From positions 20,849 to 84,848 of the IMG/VR virus record IMGVR_UViG_2861773553_000003: a DNA stretch of 64,000 nucleotides, one strand, 5' to 3'. The stretch is from a virus. Its lineage: Duplodnaviria; Caudoviricetes. Positions 8,893 through 18,388 of this stretch are shown in pieces. Below the pieces are notes generated by a model, which worked only from the letters and a program-made list of their open reading frames with translations, ran no database searches and was not told where the DNA came from. How positions within the stretch are numbered: the stretch's first letter is position 1; every line of letters begins with the position of its first letter. A program made the position numbers and the translations under genes.

Positions 8893-9838
8893 GGGCCCCC
8901 CGCCCCCGGGCCGGCCGGACCTGCATCACAGCTTCGCGCTGGATGAGGCCGTACGGCAGCTGATCGACGACGTCGCCGCCGTGTTCCAGTCCGGGCATCT
9001 GTCCGTGGCCCCGTCCCGTGCGCTGACCGAGCGGTTCGGGCGGCTGCGCGGCGACGTGCGGGACCTGCCCTACCAGACGCTCGACGTGCTGGCCGGGCAC
9101 ATCCTGGCCACCGATCCCCCCGCTCATCAGCTGGAGGAAGGCACGGTCGGCGTCTGCTGCGCCTGCATCCTGGCCCGGACCCGGCTGCCGTCCCACGAGG
9201 TGGCGGCGTGGCTGCTGCCCCACGGAGCGCTGATCGCGGCGTGCCTGGACCTGCACCACCTGGCGCGGCTGCGCGGCGAGTCCGTCCCCGACGAGCTGGC
9301 CGCCCTGGCCGCCGGGGACGAGAGGTTCGTGCAGGTCCTGCTGCCGCTGCTCACCGTGGTCGCCGCCTACGCCCGGCACAGCGACGCGGCCCGGGCGCCA
9401 GCCTCGGGGCACCCCGACCAGCGGTGGAGTGAGCACGCCCCGCTCATCGCCGCCGTCACCTTCGCCGAGGATCTGGTGGCCCAGCTGCGCACCACCCCCC
9501 GGGCGGCGCCCTGGCACGACTCCGATGACGCGGCGATGAGGACGGCCACGGCCGTGCTGCACGAGCACGGCATCGGCGCCCTCACCTTCGGAATCTGGCA
9601 TCTGGCCGGGTGGGTGAGCGAGCGGGCGGCGCCCGAGCATCGGCGCCGCGACGGCCGGCCCGACCTGCGCGCGCTGACCCCGGTCACGCCGCGGTGCTGC
9701 GCCGCCTGCGCGCGTGCTCTGCGCCGGGCCGAGGCCTTCCTGGCGGGCGACCAGGCGGCCATACCCACTCCCGCCACCTACGTCCTGCTGGCCCAGGCGG
9801 CCAGCGCGATCCCCCTCCCGGAGGAACCCTCGCCATGA
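8885..9838 (+). CDS. Hypothetical protein (317 aa)
   Basis: GGAGG RBS; overlaps both neighbours. Confidence 0.7.
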   Translation: MTEGPPPPGRPDLHHSFALDEAVRQLIDDVAAVFQSGHLSVAPSRALTERFGRLRGDVRDLPYQTLDVLAGHILATDPPAHQLEEGTVGVCCACILARTRLPSHEVAAWLLPHGALIAACLDLHHLARLRGESVPDELAALAAGDERFVQVLLPLLTVVAAYARHSDAARAPASGHPDQRWSEHAPLIAAVTFAEDLVAQLRTTPRAAPWHDSDDAAMRTATAVLHEHGIGALTFGIWHLAGWVSERAAPEHRRRDGRPDLRALTPVTPRCCAACARALRRAEAFLAGDQAAIPTPATYVLLAQAASAIPLPEEPSP

Positions 9839-10326
9839 CCGCACCCGAACCGACCGAATCCACCGAATCCACCGAACCCGCCGCGCCCGACGTCCTGGAC
9901 CGCGCACGCACGCTGATCGCCACCAATGGCCTGTACAAGGGGCCCTTCGTGGACCGGGATCAGCACCGCGCCGACGGACGGCCCTGGCGCGCGTGCGCGC
10001 TGTGCCCGGCCGGGGCCATCGCACTGGTCTGCGGCCTGGACCCGTGGGACTGGGTCCATCTGGGCCCGCCCGACCCCGCCCAGCGTGCCGCCGCCACGGC
10101 CCTGCTGCTCCTGCTGGAGCACCTGCAGCGCCGGGGACAGATCCCGGTGGTCGAGACCCACCCGCTGCGCCTGGTGGGCGAGTGGACCGACGCGCCGCAG
10201 CGTACGGCCACCGACGTCCTCATCGAGCTGCGCCTGGCGGCCGAGTACGGCCGCGAGCAGCCCGTGCCCGACCCCGACGACCTGGAGCGGCCGGCCCCGC
10301 CCCAGTCCGATCCCACGGAGGAATGA
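9835..10326 (+). CDS. DUF6197-like protein, copy 1
   Basis: VLDRARTLIATNGL...CPAGAI...WTDAPQRTATDV. Confidence 0.65.
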   Translation: MTAPEPTESTESTEPAAPDVLDRARTLIATNGLYKGPFVDRDQHRADGRPWRACALCPAGAIALVCGLDPWDWVHLGPPDPAQRAAATALLLLLEHLQRRGQIPVVETHPLRLVGEWTDAPQRTATDVLIELRLAAEYGREQPVPDPDDLERPAPPQSDPTEE

Positions 10327-10769
10327 TGGACCGCACCCCGCAGGCGGTGCTCACGAGCGCCCTCGATGTGCTGCGCACCCAGGGTCTGGTGTGCGGCGCG
10401 TACTACGATCGCGATCAGGACGACCTCCCACCGGCCCGGCGGCGAGTCTGCCCGATGGGCGCCATCGCCGTGGCCTGCGGCCACGAGCCGGACCTGTGGC
10501 TGGACCTGGACCCCGACAAGCGCGAGCTGTGGGAGAACGAGCCCTCCATCCGGGCCGCGTTCGGCGCCGCCTGGGCCCTGGTCCGCGAGCTGCGGGATCG
10601 TGATCGTCTCGCCGCGCCGGTGCGAACCCGGGGCGAGATCCACGTGACGGTGATCCACTGGGTGGACTACGTCGCGCAGAGCAAGGGCGAGATCCTGGAG
10701 GTGATGCGGGCCGCCGCGCGGCGCACCGACGACCAGGGCCTCCCGCTGCTGTGGCGGGAGGCGGCGTGA
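10323..10769 (+). CDS. DUF6197-like protein, copy 2
   Basis: VLTSALDVLRTQGL...CPMGAI...WVD...SKGEI. Confidence 0.65.
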   Translation: MMDRTPQAVLTSALDVLRTQGLVCGAYYDRDQDDLPPARRRVCPMGAIAVACGHEPDLWLDLDPDKRELWENEPSIRAAFGAAWALVRELRDRDRLAAPVRTRGEIHVTVIHWVDYVAQSKGEILEVMRAAARRTDDQGLPLLWREAA

Positions 10770-11170
10770 GCGGCGATCTCGTCCTGGACTCCACCGCCGT
10801 CCTGCAGCGCGCCGCCGATCATCTGGACCGGTACGGGATGGTCTACTTCCTGTACACCTCGCCCTTGGGGGCCACGCGATTGGCCGAGCAGAGCATGTGC
10901 CCGGTGGGGGCGATCCGGCACTCCAGCGGCCTGCACCCGGACCCCGACCACCCCGGGGCCGACGAGGATCCGCAGCGGCTGATCCTGGCCGAGACCGCCG
11001 TGCGCCGCCTGGCGGCGTGCGCACCGGTGCCCATGCGCCGCGACCCGGTCAAGGCCGTGCTGGCGTGGGTGGACCGTCGCCTGCCCAGCCGGGCGGAGGT
11101 CGTGTCCTACCTGCGGCAGGCCGCCGCCGACCCGTCTCCTCCCGGCCCCGTGCCGATCGTCCCGGTCTGA
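10766..11170 (+). CDS. DUF6197-like protein, copy 3
   Basis: VLQRAADHLDRYGM...CPVGAI...WVD...SRAEV. Confidence 0.65.
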   Translation: MSGDLVLDSTAVLQRAADHLDRYGMVYFLYTSPLGATRLAEQSMCPVGAIRHSSGLHPDPDHPGADEDPQRLILAETAVRRLAACAPVPMRRDPVKAVLAWVDRRLPSRAEVVSYLRQAAADPSPPGPVPIVPV

Positions 11171-11193
11171 CCGGGTGCGACCTACCATGGAGC

Positions 11194-11213
11194 CGCACGC
11201 GTCCGTGCGTGCG
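11194..11213. promoter_or_regulatory. Dispersed palindrome CGCACGC-N6-GCGTGCG
   Basis: Exact, intergenic; arms extend to CATGGAGCCGCACGC / GCGTGCGGCTCCATG. Confidence 0.8.
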
Positions 11214-11247
11214 GCTCCATGTGCGAATATTCGGGGAGGCCGGGGAG

Positions 11248-11934
11248 ATGGCCGAGTGCGCGCGACCGCGCTGCCGTATCGAGGGGGAACCGCGGGCGGC
11301 CGAGCCGCCGGCCGTGCTGTGCCGGGTGTGCGTCGCCCGGCTGCGGCGCGATCTGGATTGCATGGGGGCGCTGGGGAACTGGCTGGCCGCGCATGTGGCC
11401 GCCGGGGGCCGGCGCGGTGCCCGCGAGTACGTCTCCGGCTCCCAGGAGCCGGGCCTGCCGGTACGGCCGGAGGTGCTGTCGGCGCTGCTGCCCGGAGCGC
11501 CCGGCCCGGTCCAGGATCCCTATGGGGATCAGTGCGGCCCGCCGTCCTTCCCCGGGACCCTCGCCTCCTGGGCCCAGCTGGTGGCCGGGGAGCGCCAGGT
11601 GCATCCGCCCGGATCGGCCGACCTGCGCGAGCTGGGCAGCTGGCTGGCCGGTCACCTGGACTGGAGCATCACCCGGCCCTGGGCGGGGGACTACGCCGGC
11701 GAGCTGGACACGCTGCGGCACACCGCGTACGGGATCGAGCCGTGGGGGCTGCACGTGCAGCCCAAGGTCGGCCCCTGTCCCGGCTGTGATCGGCGGTCGC
11801 TGATCCGGGTGGCCGGGGAACGTTACATCGAGTGCTCCGAGCTCCTCGGCGGCTGCGCGGCGCTGTGGACCGAGGCGGAGTACCACCGCCGGGTCGCGGC
11901 GCTGGTGACCACGGGAGGGGGTGACCTACAGTGA
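11248..11934 (+). CDS. Actinophage-type Zn-finger protein
   Basis: LCRVC...LRRDL, LASWA...WLAGHLDW, GPCPGC...C; pattern common in actinobacterial prophages. Confidence 0.7.
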   Translation: MAECARPRCRIEGEPRAAEPPAVLCRVCVARLRRDLDCMGALGNWLAAHVAAGGRRGAREYVSGSQEPGLPVRPEVLSALLPGAPGPVQDPYGDQCGPPSFPGTLASWAQLVAGERQVHPPGSADLRELGSWLAGHLDWSITRPWAGDYAGELDTLRHTAYGIEPWGLHVQPKVGPCPGCDRRSLIRVAGERYIECSELLGGCAALWTEAEYHRRVAALVTTGGGDLQ

Positions 11935-12350
11935 GCATCATGACCGATTCGCCGTCCACACGGTCTGTGGTGGAACCAGAACAGCTACGGGTGGACGGGG
12001 TGCGGCGGCTCATCGCCTCCGCCACGGCCTTCCATGAGGCGCTCGCCTTCCCGCTACGGGACCCGCAGACCGGCGATCCGGTGTGGGCCACCGCGTCCAT
12101 GGCCGAGATCGTGCGCGGCTCGCACCTGGCCTTCGCGCGGCTGCTGCCTGCCGACCGTGCCGAGCAGGCCTCGGCCCGGCTGGAGCGGGCCACCCGGGAG
12201 CTGTACACCACGGTCCGCGAGCTCGCCCAGGTGCTGCCCGGCGCCAAGCAGGCCTGGATCGTGCCGATCCGCCGGATGTCGGAGATCACCGGGCTGACGG
12301 TGCACACTTTGCGGCAGATCGCGCTGTCCGACAGCGGCCCGCCGGCGTGA
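11931..12350 (+). CDS. Hypothetical protein with possible C-terminal HTH
   Basis: GTGA overlap; IRRMSEITGLTVHTLRQI. Confidence 0.6.
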   Translation: MSIMTDSPSTRSVVEPEQLRVDGVRRLIASATAFHEALAFPLRDPQTGDPVWATASMAEIVRGSHLAFARLLPADRAEQASARLERATRELYTTVRELAQVLPGAKQAWIVPIRRMSEITGLTVHTLRQIALSDSGPPA

Positions 12351-12354
12351 CCGG

Positions 12355-12858
12355 TCAGGCCACGTCGAGGGCGGCGGCCTGGTCGAGGTCGGCCCAGGTC
12401 CGCAGACCCGGGGGCACGCAGCCGCAATACCCCCAGGCGGAGCTGAGCGCCGAGACCAGGTGCAGACCGGCGCCGTGCCCCAGCTGCGGGAAGTCGGTGT
12501 GCGGGCGGAGGACGGGGACCTGATCGGCGCCGGCGTCGTGCACCTCGATGCGCACGCCGCGCCGCAGCCGCCACAGCAGCACCGCGATCTGCCCGCCGAG
12601 GCGGGCGGTACGGCTGTGGCGCAGGCTGTTGGTCCACAGCTCGCTGACGATCAGGCGCGCGTCCGCGGCGAGGGCGGCGGGATAGCCCGCGCGGCGCAGG
12701 ACCTGATCCACGAGGGCGCGCAGGTCCCCCAGCGCGGCGGCCTCGGCGCGGGTGGAGGCGCCGGTGAGCATCGCCACCGCCGGCGCCCGGCCGTGCCAAT
12801 CGACCAGGTGCTCCATCGCCACGGCCGGCCCGGCCGGGCCGGTACGGACGGTGCTCAC
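12355..12858 (-). CDS. HATPase_c / anti-sigma-like ATP-binding protein
   Basis: LIVSELWTNSLRHS, IEVHDAG, GHGAGLHLVSALSSAWG. Confidence 0.88.
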   Translation of the reverse strand: MSTVRTGPAGPAVAMEHLVDWHGRAPAVAMLTGASTRAEAAALGDLRALVDQVLRRAGYPAALAADARLIVSELWTNSLRHSRTARLGGQIAVLLWRLRRGVRIEVHDAGADQVPVLRPHTDFPQLGHGAGLHLVSALSSAWGYCGCVPPGLRTWADLDQAAALDVA

Positions 12859-13088
12859 GAGCCGGCCCCGGATTCGGCGGAGCCGTCGAGCGCGTGGTCG
12901 GTGACGGGACGGGCGGGCAGGTCCTCGGGGAACGGGTGGGGAAGGCGCATGACCTCCGCCAGCGTGGGAAGCTCGGGGGCGCGGACGACGCACCCGCCGC
13001 CGAAGCCGAGCCGCAGGCCATTGCCCAGGACGTCCGGGCGCGCGCCGCGAGGACGCGCCGGAACGTGTGCGTAGTGGTCGGTGAGCAT
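12855..13088 (-). CDS. Hypothetical protein
   Basis: GGAGAG RBS; coupled to the ATPase gene. Confidence 0.45.
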   Translation of the reverse strand: MLTDHYAHVPARPRGARPDVLGNGLRLGFGGGCVVRAPELPTLAEVMRLPHPFPEDLPARPVTDHALDGSAESGAGS

Positions 13089-13641
13089 CGGAACTCTCCC
13101 AAGGTGAGCGGGATGTGGGGCCAGGGTCCGGCCGGGTCCGGCGCCGAGGGCCTCGGCGCCGGACGGCCCAGGAGGTGGGGCGGGGCTCGCGCCCAGGGCA
13201 ACCGTCCGCACCCTCGCGGGCGCGAGCCCCGCGTGCGGCCGCATCGGGGGGCCCGGCACTGCCCTGGCCGGGGGAAGGTGCGGCCGCGCGCGGTCATGCG
13301 ATGTGGGAAGACCCGCCGTCCTCGGGGCGAAGGCCGCGTCCACACGCGCACGACCGAACTCAAGGGGGATCAGGGCGGGGGCCGGGGCGGCGGGGACCCG
13401 GCCTTGGTCGCCGCACGCAGCCGTGCGAGCGCCGCGCGGGCCATGGCGGCCGACTGCCGCGCCATCTGCCGGCGCGTCCGCTCCAGATCCTCAGGGCCCG
13501 AGGCGGGTGACGGGCGGGGCGTGGCCGGGCCGCTCGTCGCGGGAACCGAATACCCGTCACCCGCCGGGGGCGGCGACGGCGCGGCGGCCGAGCCGCACGC
13601 CGGGGAGTCAGTGAGCGGCATCGTCCCGCGCCGTCGCCGGA

Positions 13642-13866
13642 TCATGGGGTCACCTCCCAGAGGTCGTCCAGCAGCCGCTCGCGCGCCGCCAGCACCGCGC
13701 GCATCTCGGCGACGCTGCCCGCGTCGGCGGTGGCCTTGCCCCCGCGCTGACGCTCCTGGACGGTCAGGCCGCGACGCAGCACCGCCCACAATCGCCCGTT
13801 TTTGTAGGTGCGGATGTGCCAGCGCGGGTGATCACGACATAGCGCGACAAATGTGTCCGTCGTCAT
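13642..13866 (-). CDS. Small hypothetical protein
   Basis: HPRWHI...WAVLRRGLT; divergent from the XRE gene. Confidence 0.6.
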   Translation of the reverse strand: MTTDTFVALCRDHPRWHIRTYKNGRLWAVLRRGLTVQERQRGGKATADAGSVAEMRAVLAARERLLDDLWEVTP

Positions 13867-14050
13867 CACATGATCACGTCCCGTCACGGGTGGGGAGCGG
13901 GTCGAGCTGCCAAAGGTGACGCTGTGGTGATGGACCCATACTGGACTCTCGCATAGAGGTTTTCAATGCGCGGTCCGCAATATGACGATTCTGTTCTAGC
14001 GCGTTGGGGCCGCGTAGGATTCAGTCGCACATCCAGCCAGGAGGAATGGC

Positions 14051-14944
14051 ATGCCCTCGTTCAGTCCGCCCGGGCCGCTGCTGCTGCGGCTGAGCATGGA
14101 GCTGCGCCGGGTGCGACTGGAGTCCGCCGAAGACAACCCCGCCCTGCGCAATGTCACGGACGTGGAGAAGGCGCTCCGGTGGGGACGTGGCCGGCTGGCG
14201 GCCTGGGAGCGGGGCCAGTGGCAACGCCCGGACTACACGCTGATCACCGTCCTGCTGGACCACTACGGCACCGCCGATCCCGACCGCCAGCTGATCTTGA
14301 CGCTGGTCGACGAGGCGCGGCGCACCCCCTGGTACAACAAGTACAAGGACGCCTTCCGCTCGGCCTATCCCGGCTTCGAGGCGGCCGCCTCCCAGCTGCG
14401 CTTGATCGAGCTGATGCGCGTGCCGGGCTTGTTCCAGACCGCCGAGTACGCCGCCCACATGGTCCGCAGTGGACAGGCACTGAGTGACGATGTGGTGCAG
14501 CAGCGGGTCGAGGCACGCCTGGCCCGCCAGAACGCCATTCTCAACCGAGAGGAGCCGCCCCAGATATCGGTAGTGATCGACGAATCAGCGCTGCGTAAAC
14601 GGGTGGGCGGACCCAAGGTGATGGCCGATCAGGCTCGGCATTTGTTCGAGCTGAGCGTGCGGGGCCATATCCAGCTGCAGGTCCTCCCCGACGAGTCCGG
14701 CCCGTACCTGGCCATGCACTCCAGCTTCGTGATGCTGGACTTCCCGTACGGCATGCCGCCGAGCATGGTGTTCGTGGAATTGGCCAGTCACGACCTCTAC
14801 CTCGACGGGCCGTCCGAGGTTCAAAGGCATACCCTCGTATTCAATCAGGCCAGTCTGCTGGCGCTGACGCCCGAGCAGACGCGCGCATGGCTGGCCACGC
14901 GTGTAGACCAACTCGAACAACGTAAGGGCGATCATGGACCGTAG
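14051..14944 (+). CDS. XRE-HTH / DUF5753 regulator
   Basis: GGAGG RBS; WYNKY...FEAAA...VPGLFQTAEYA...RLARQ...VIDESAL. Confidence 0.9.
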   Translation: MPSFSPPGPLLLRLSMELRRVRLESAEDNPALRNVTDVEKALRWGRGRLAAWERGQWQRPDYTLITVLLDHYGTADPDRQLILTLVDEARRTPWYNKYKDAFRSAYPGFEAAASQLRLIELMRVPGLFQTAEYAAHMVRSGQALSDDVVQQRVEARLARQNAILNREEPPQISVVIDESALRKRVGGPKVMADQARHLFELSVRGHIQLQVLPDESGPYLAMHSSFVMLDFPYGMPPSMVFVELASHDLYLDGPSEVQRHTLVFNQASLLALTPEQTRAWLATRVDQLEQRKGDHGP

Positions 14945-15149
14945 CACGTCCCACGATCAGCTCCGCTGGCGCAAGAGCCGCTACAGCGGAGACGCATCCA
15001 ACTGCGTGGAACTGGCCCCGAGCACCGACGGTAGCGGCGCGGTGCACGTCCGGGACAGCAAGAATCCCACCGGGCCGGCCCTGCGCTTCGGCGCGGGCTC
15101 CTGGGCGTCGTTCGTCCGGAGCGTCAAGAACGGCGACTTCGACCGGTAA
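14934..15149 (+). CDS. DUF397 protein
   Basis: WRKSRYS...NCVELA...VRDSKNP...WASF. Confidence 0.93.
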   Translation: MDRSTSHDQLRWRKSRYSGDASNCVELAPSTDGSGAVHVRDSKNPTGPALRFGAGSWASFVRSVKNGDFDR

Positions 15150-15166
15150 CGACGGGTTCGCAAGGT

Positions 15167-15195
15167 TCAGGCCCCCCACGACGTGGGGGGCCTGA
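15167..15195. terminator. Stem-loop terminator
   Basis: TCAGGCCCCCCACG-A-CGTGGGGGGCCTGA after the DUF397 gene. Confidence 0.65.
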
Positions 15196-15372
15196 GGACC
15201 GTAGCTCTGTCAGGATATGCCCGGCGCTACTGTCGGGACGAGGGTTGACAGGCGCGGCAGGAGCGCCGCCGCAGCTCACCGCCCGAACGCCGACTCAACG
15301 ATGCATTACAACCTCGTCGCGATCAGTGAAATTTACAGGGCGTGCCCCTACCGGGCAGTCACAATCGCGTGC

Positions 15373-16212
15373 ATGGCGCGCATTTCCCCGCCCGAATTGG
15401 CCCGTGAACTCGGGGAACTCCTGCGCAGCCTGCGCCGGGCGCAGAATCTGACGATGACGCAGGTGGCGCATCGGACCGGTGTCAGCGCCGCCAAGCTCAG
15501 CCGCATCGAGACGGCCACGTTCCGGCCGCAGCGGGACGTCGTCGAGGCCGTCCTTGCGGTGTACGGCGCGGATGAGGAGACCCGCCGGCACTGCGTCGCC
15601 CTGACCGACGGAGCCCTGGCCGAGCCGTGGTGGGCGCCCTACAAGGCGGTGCTGCCGGGCCGGTTCGCGGCCCTGGAGACCGCCGCGGTGCGGATCTGCA
15701 CCTGGCAGCCGCTGCTGCTGCCGGGGCTGGTCCAGACCCCGGACTACACCCGGGCGGTCTTCGCCGCCGCCGGTTCCCCGCCCCAGGTGACCGAGCTGGC
15801 GGTGACCGCGCGGCAGATGCGTCAGCGCGTGCAGCTGAGCGGGCCGGACGCGCTGCGGCTGCGCATGGTGCTGTGGGAGCCGCTGCTGCGGCGCCGGATC
15901 CTGCCCTCGCCGCTGTGGGCCGCGCAGTTGTCCGCCCTGGCCGAGTGCGCGAGCCGGCCGAACCTCAGCGTGCGGGTACTGCCCGAGCGCCCGCATGGGC
16001 ATCCGGGCCTGGAGGGCGGCTTCTCGGTGCTGGAGCTGCCTCATGATCGGCGTGTCGTGCACACCGAGGGGGGTCCGGCCGAGTCGATCATCGATACGAT
16101 CCCCTCCGTTGCTGAGTTCGACCGGCGATACCGGTGGCTGGAAGCGCACGCGCTCCCTACGGGGGAGTCGGCGGTACTGATCGCCAAGATCGCGAGGGAG
16201 ATCAGGTGCTGA
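15373..16212 (+). CDS. Second XRE-HTH / DUF5753 regulator
   Basis: LGELLRSLRR...KLSRIET; LPGLVQTPDY; RQMRQ. Confidence 0.88.
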   Translation: MARISPPELARELGELLRSLRRAQNLTMTQVAHRTGVSAAKLSRIETATFRPQRDVVEAVLAVYGADEETRRHCVALTDGALAEPWWAPYKAVLPGRFAALETAAVRICTWQPLLLPGLVQTPDYTRAVFAAAGSPPQVTELAVTARQMRQRVQLSGPDALRLRMVLWEPLLRRRILPSPLWAAQLSALAECASRPNLSVRVLPERPHGHPGLEGGFSVLELPHDRRVVHTEGGPAESIIDTIPSVAEFDRRYRWLEAHALPTGESAVLIAKIAREIRC

Positions 16213-16391
16213 CACACGACTGGCTCACCGCCTCCGACGTCGGGACGGGCTGCCTGCAGGCCCGCCTCGACGAGCACGGGCGGGTGCTGGTGCGCAACAC
16301 CACAGGCGGCCCGTCCGTGGTGGCGACGGCGCCCGAGTGGCGGGTGTTCGTCCGCGAGGTCAAGACGGGGGCGTTCGACCTGCCGTCCTAA
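16206..16391 (+). CDS. Divergent DUF397 protein
   Basis: WLTAS...CLQAR...LVRNT...EWRVFVREVKTGAFD, following an XRE gene. Confidence 0.75.
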   Translation: MLTHDWLTASDVGTGCLQARLDEHGRVLVRNTTGGPSVVATAPEWRVFVREVKTGAFDLPS

Positions 16392-16395
16392 CGAG

Positions 16396-16429
16396 CCCCG
16401 GTCCCGCCGGCCCGCTGGCGGGACCGGGG
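16396..16429. terminator. Stem-loop between convergent genes
   Basis: CCCCGGTCCCGCC...GGCGGGACCGGGG. Confidence 0.6.
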
Positions 16430-16441
16430 ACCAGTCGCAGA

Positions 16442-16681
16442 TCAGCGCAGGTCGGCGCCGTGCTTCAGTCCGAGCTCATAGGCCTGGCGCACGGACTGGG
16501 CGCGGGCGAGCAGCGAGTACATGGCCAGTACCGCGGCCAGGTTCGCGCACGCCGAGAACAGCGCCAGGGGCAGGTGGCGGGACTCCCACCACCCATTGAT
16601 CGCGATATCGAGGATGAGGATCGCGACCGCAGCCGAGGCGGCAACCACCGCCAGAGCCCCCGTGAGCGTGGACCGACTCAT
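16442..16681 (-). CDS. Small two-TM membrane protein
   Basis: Two hydrophobic segments; downstream of the repressor. Confidence 0.6.
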   Translation of the reverse strand: MSRSTLTGALAVVAASAAVAILILDIAINGWWESRHLPLALFSACANLAAVLAMYSLLARAQSVRQAYELGLKHGADLR

Positions 16682-16790
16682 GAGCGCACCCTTCTGGCCT
16701 TCTGGAACGGTTGACGTGCCCCCGAAAGTCCTCACTGTGGCATTAGTGAAAATTGCACGTCCAACCGTAACCGCCCATGTTGACAGATCG

Positions 16791-17321
16791 TTATGGTCCC
16801 GCTGGGTTTTCCCCGGGGTCCGTCGCCACGGGCGGCCGCTTATGCGCCAGGCGGATCTGGGTGAGCTGGGCGTCGACGGCCGCCCCGGTGAATTGCAACA
16901 GGGCCTGGAACATTTGCTCGTGCTCGCGGGCACTGCCGGGCAACCCCCGGATCTCCTGCTCGGCACGCCAGAGTTTTTCGACGATGTCCTGATGGGTGAT
17001 GGTGCGGGCCTGCTCGGCGAGCCGTTTCTGGGCCCAGGCCTCGATGGCTTCGGCGAGCTTGCGGGCGGCCTGGGGGCGGCCGGCGCGGTCGAGCTGCTCG
17101 GGCACGGCGCGCACGACCTGGGCCATGGCGACCAATTGCTTGTCAGTCGCGCGGGCCGCGCCCTTTTCGATGTTGGACCAGGTGGTGTTGCTGAAGGGCT
17201 GGTCGGTGTATTTGGCCAGTTCGCGGGCGGCGGCACGGACCGACAGTTCCAAGCTGGTGCGGCGGTCGGCGATGAGGACCGCTTCAGGGGGCGGGGAAGA
17301 GGCTGAGAGGCTGGACGCCAC
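16791..17321 (-). CDS. Putative phage repressor (XRE-like HTH)
   Basis: LSVRAAARELA...FSNTTWSNIEKG; divergent from the early operon. Confidence 0.7.
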   Translation of the reverse strand: MASSLSASSPPPEAVLIADRRTSLELSVRAAARELAKYTDQPFSNTTWSNIEKGAARATDKQLVAMAQVVRAVPEQLDRAGRPQAARKLAEAIEAWAQKRLAEQARTITHQDIVEKLWRAEQEIRGLPGSAREHEQMFQALLQFTGAAVDAQLTQIRLAHKRPPVATDPGENPAGP

Positions 17322-17420
17322 AGTCTTCTCCTTCGTCGTGCGCTTTTCCGCCGAGGCGGGAAATTCGGGGTGGCTCTTGCTGCCACGGTAGCAGCCAGGT
17401 ACGCGCTGGCTAGCGGAACT

Positions 17421-17518
17421 ATGCGAAGATTTGCCACGCTTCGCACCGTAGCGCGAAATTTTGCAAAGGTTTGCGTGAAAATGTTGACTTTCGCAAAATT
17501 GAGCGTAGCGTGGAGGTT
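17421..17518. promoter_or_regulatory. Immunity-type switch region with divergent promoters and operators
   Basis: AT-rich; TTGACT (17484) and TAGCGT (17506); repeated TGCGAA, TTCGCA and TTTGCAAA motifs. Confidence 0.6.
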
Positions 17519-17830
17519 ATGACGGACCTCGCGGAGCTTGAGCACCTCAGCGTCCGGCAAGCGGGCGAACTGCTGCGCACCGCCGCCGATACGGTCTTGG
17601 CCAAGCTGGCCGCCGGCGACTATCGCACCTGGGAGCCGCTGCCGTGGATGAGCGTGACTCAGGTCGCCGAGATGTTCGACTGCAGTGACTCCACGGTCAT
17701 GAGCCTGATCCACCGGAAGGAGCTTCCGGCCGTGCGCGTGGGCCGTCGCTGCTACCGCATCCTACGTCCGCACGCCGTGGCCCACCTTGCCTCCCGCCTG
17801 ACCGTGGAACCCGGCCTCACCCCGCACTGA
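17519..17830 (+). CDS. Excisionase-family (HTH_17) DNA-binding protein, in the Cro position
   Basis: MSVTQVAEMFDCSDSTVMSLIHRKELPAVRVGRRCYRI. Confidence 0.85.
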   Translation: MTDLAELEHLSVRQAGELLRTAADTVLAKLAAGDYRTWEPLPWMSVTQVAEMFDCSDSTVMSLIHRKELPAVRVGRRCYRILRPHAVAHLASRLTVEPGLTPH

Positions 17831-17874
17831 TCCCCCGTGCCACCCCTGGCCCCACCCCCTGCGGAGACACCGCC

Positions 17875-18222
17875 GTGACTCGCCTGGACTTCACCACGCG
17901 CACCCTGCGCACCCCCCGCGGCACCTGGACCATCGTCCAGCAGGCCCCGACCCCCGACGGGTCGGTGGAGGTCCTGCTGCGCCGCACCCCCGCCGATGGC
18001 GGAGAGCCGATCTACACCGCCTACCGCGCCACCCCCAGCGGCTGGCGCCAGCTGCGAGGCAGCTGGTATCGCCTGGAGGTGGCGTCGGAGGCCGCTCCGC
18101 ACGCCGCGCCCGACAACCACGTCTGCCACCCGCCGCTGGTCGCCCTGCTCAACCTCGCCCGGCCGGTGCCGACCACCCGCCCCGCCCGTCGCCGCCGCCG
18201 CGCGTCGGCGGCCCTGATCTGA
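17875..18222 (+). CDS. Hypothetical protein
   Basis: GGAGA RBS. Confidence 0.55.
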   Translation: MTRLDFTTRTLRTPRGTWTIVQQAPTPDGSVEVLLRRTPADGGEPIYTAYRATPSGWRQLRGSWYRLEVASEAAPHAAPDNHVCHPPLVALLNLARPVPTTRPARRRRRASAALI

Positions 18223-18287
18223 CGGCGGGGGAGCCGATGACCACCTGCCCCACGCGGGGCCCCGCCTCCTGTGATGATCGAAATAGC

Positions 18288-18307
18288 CGCACGCAAAACC
18301 GCGTGCG
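18288..18307. promoter_or_regulatory. Dispersed palindrome CGCACGC-N6-GCGTGCG
   Basis: Exact, upstream of the exonuclease gene. Confidence 0.8.
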
Positions 18308-18388
18308 GCACAATGGGGCGACCATGAGAACGCCGCGACGACCCTCCCCGCCCATGGTCGTCGCGGCCGCGCGGGCGCGGGGGAGCCG

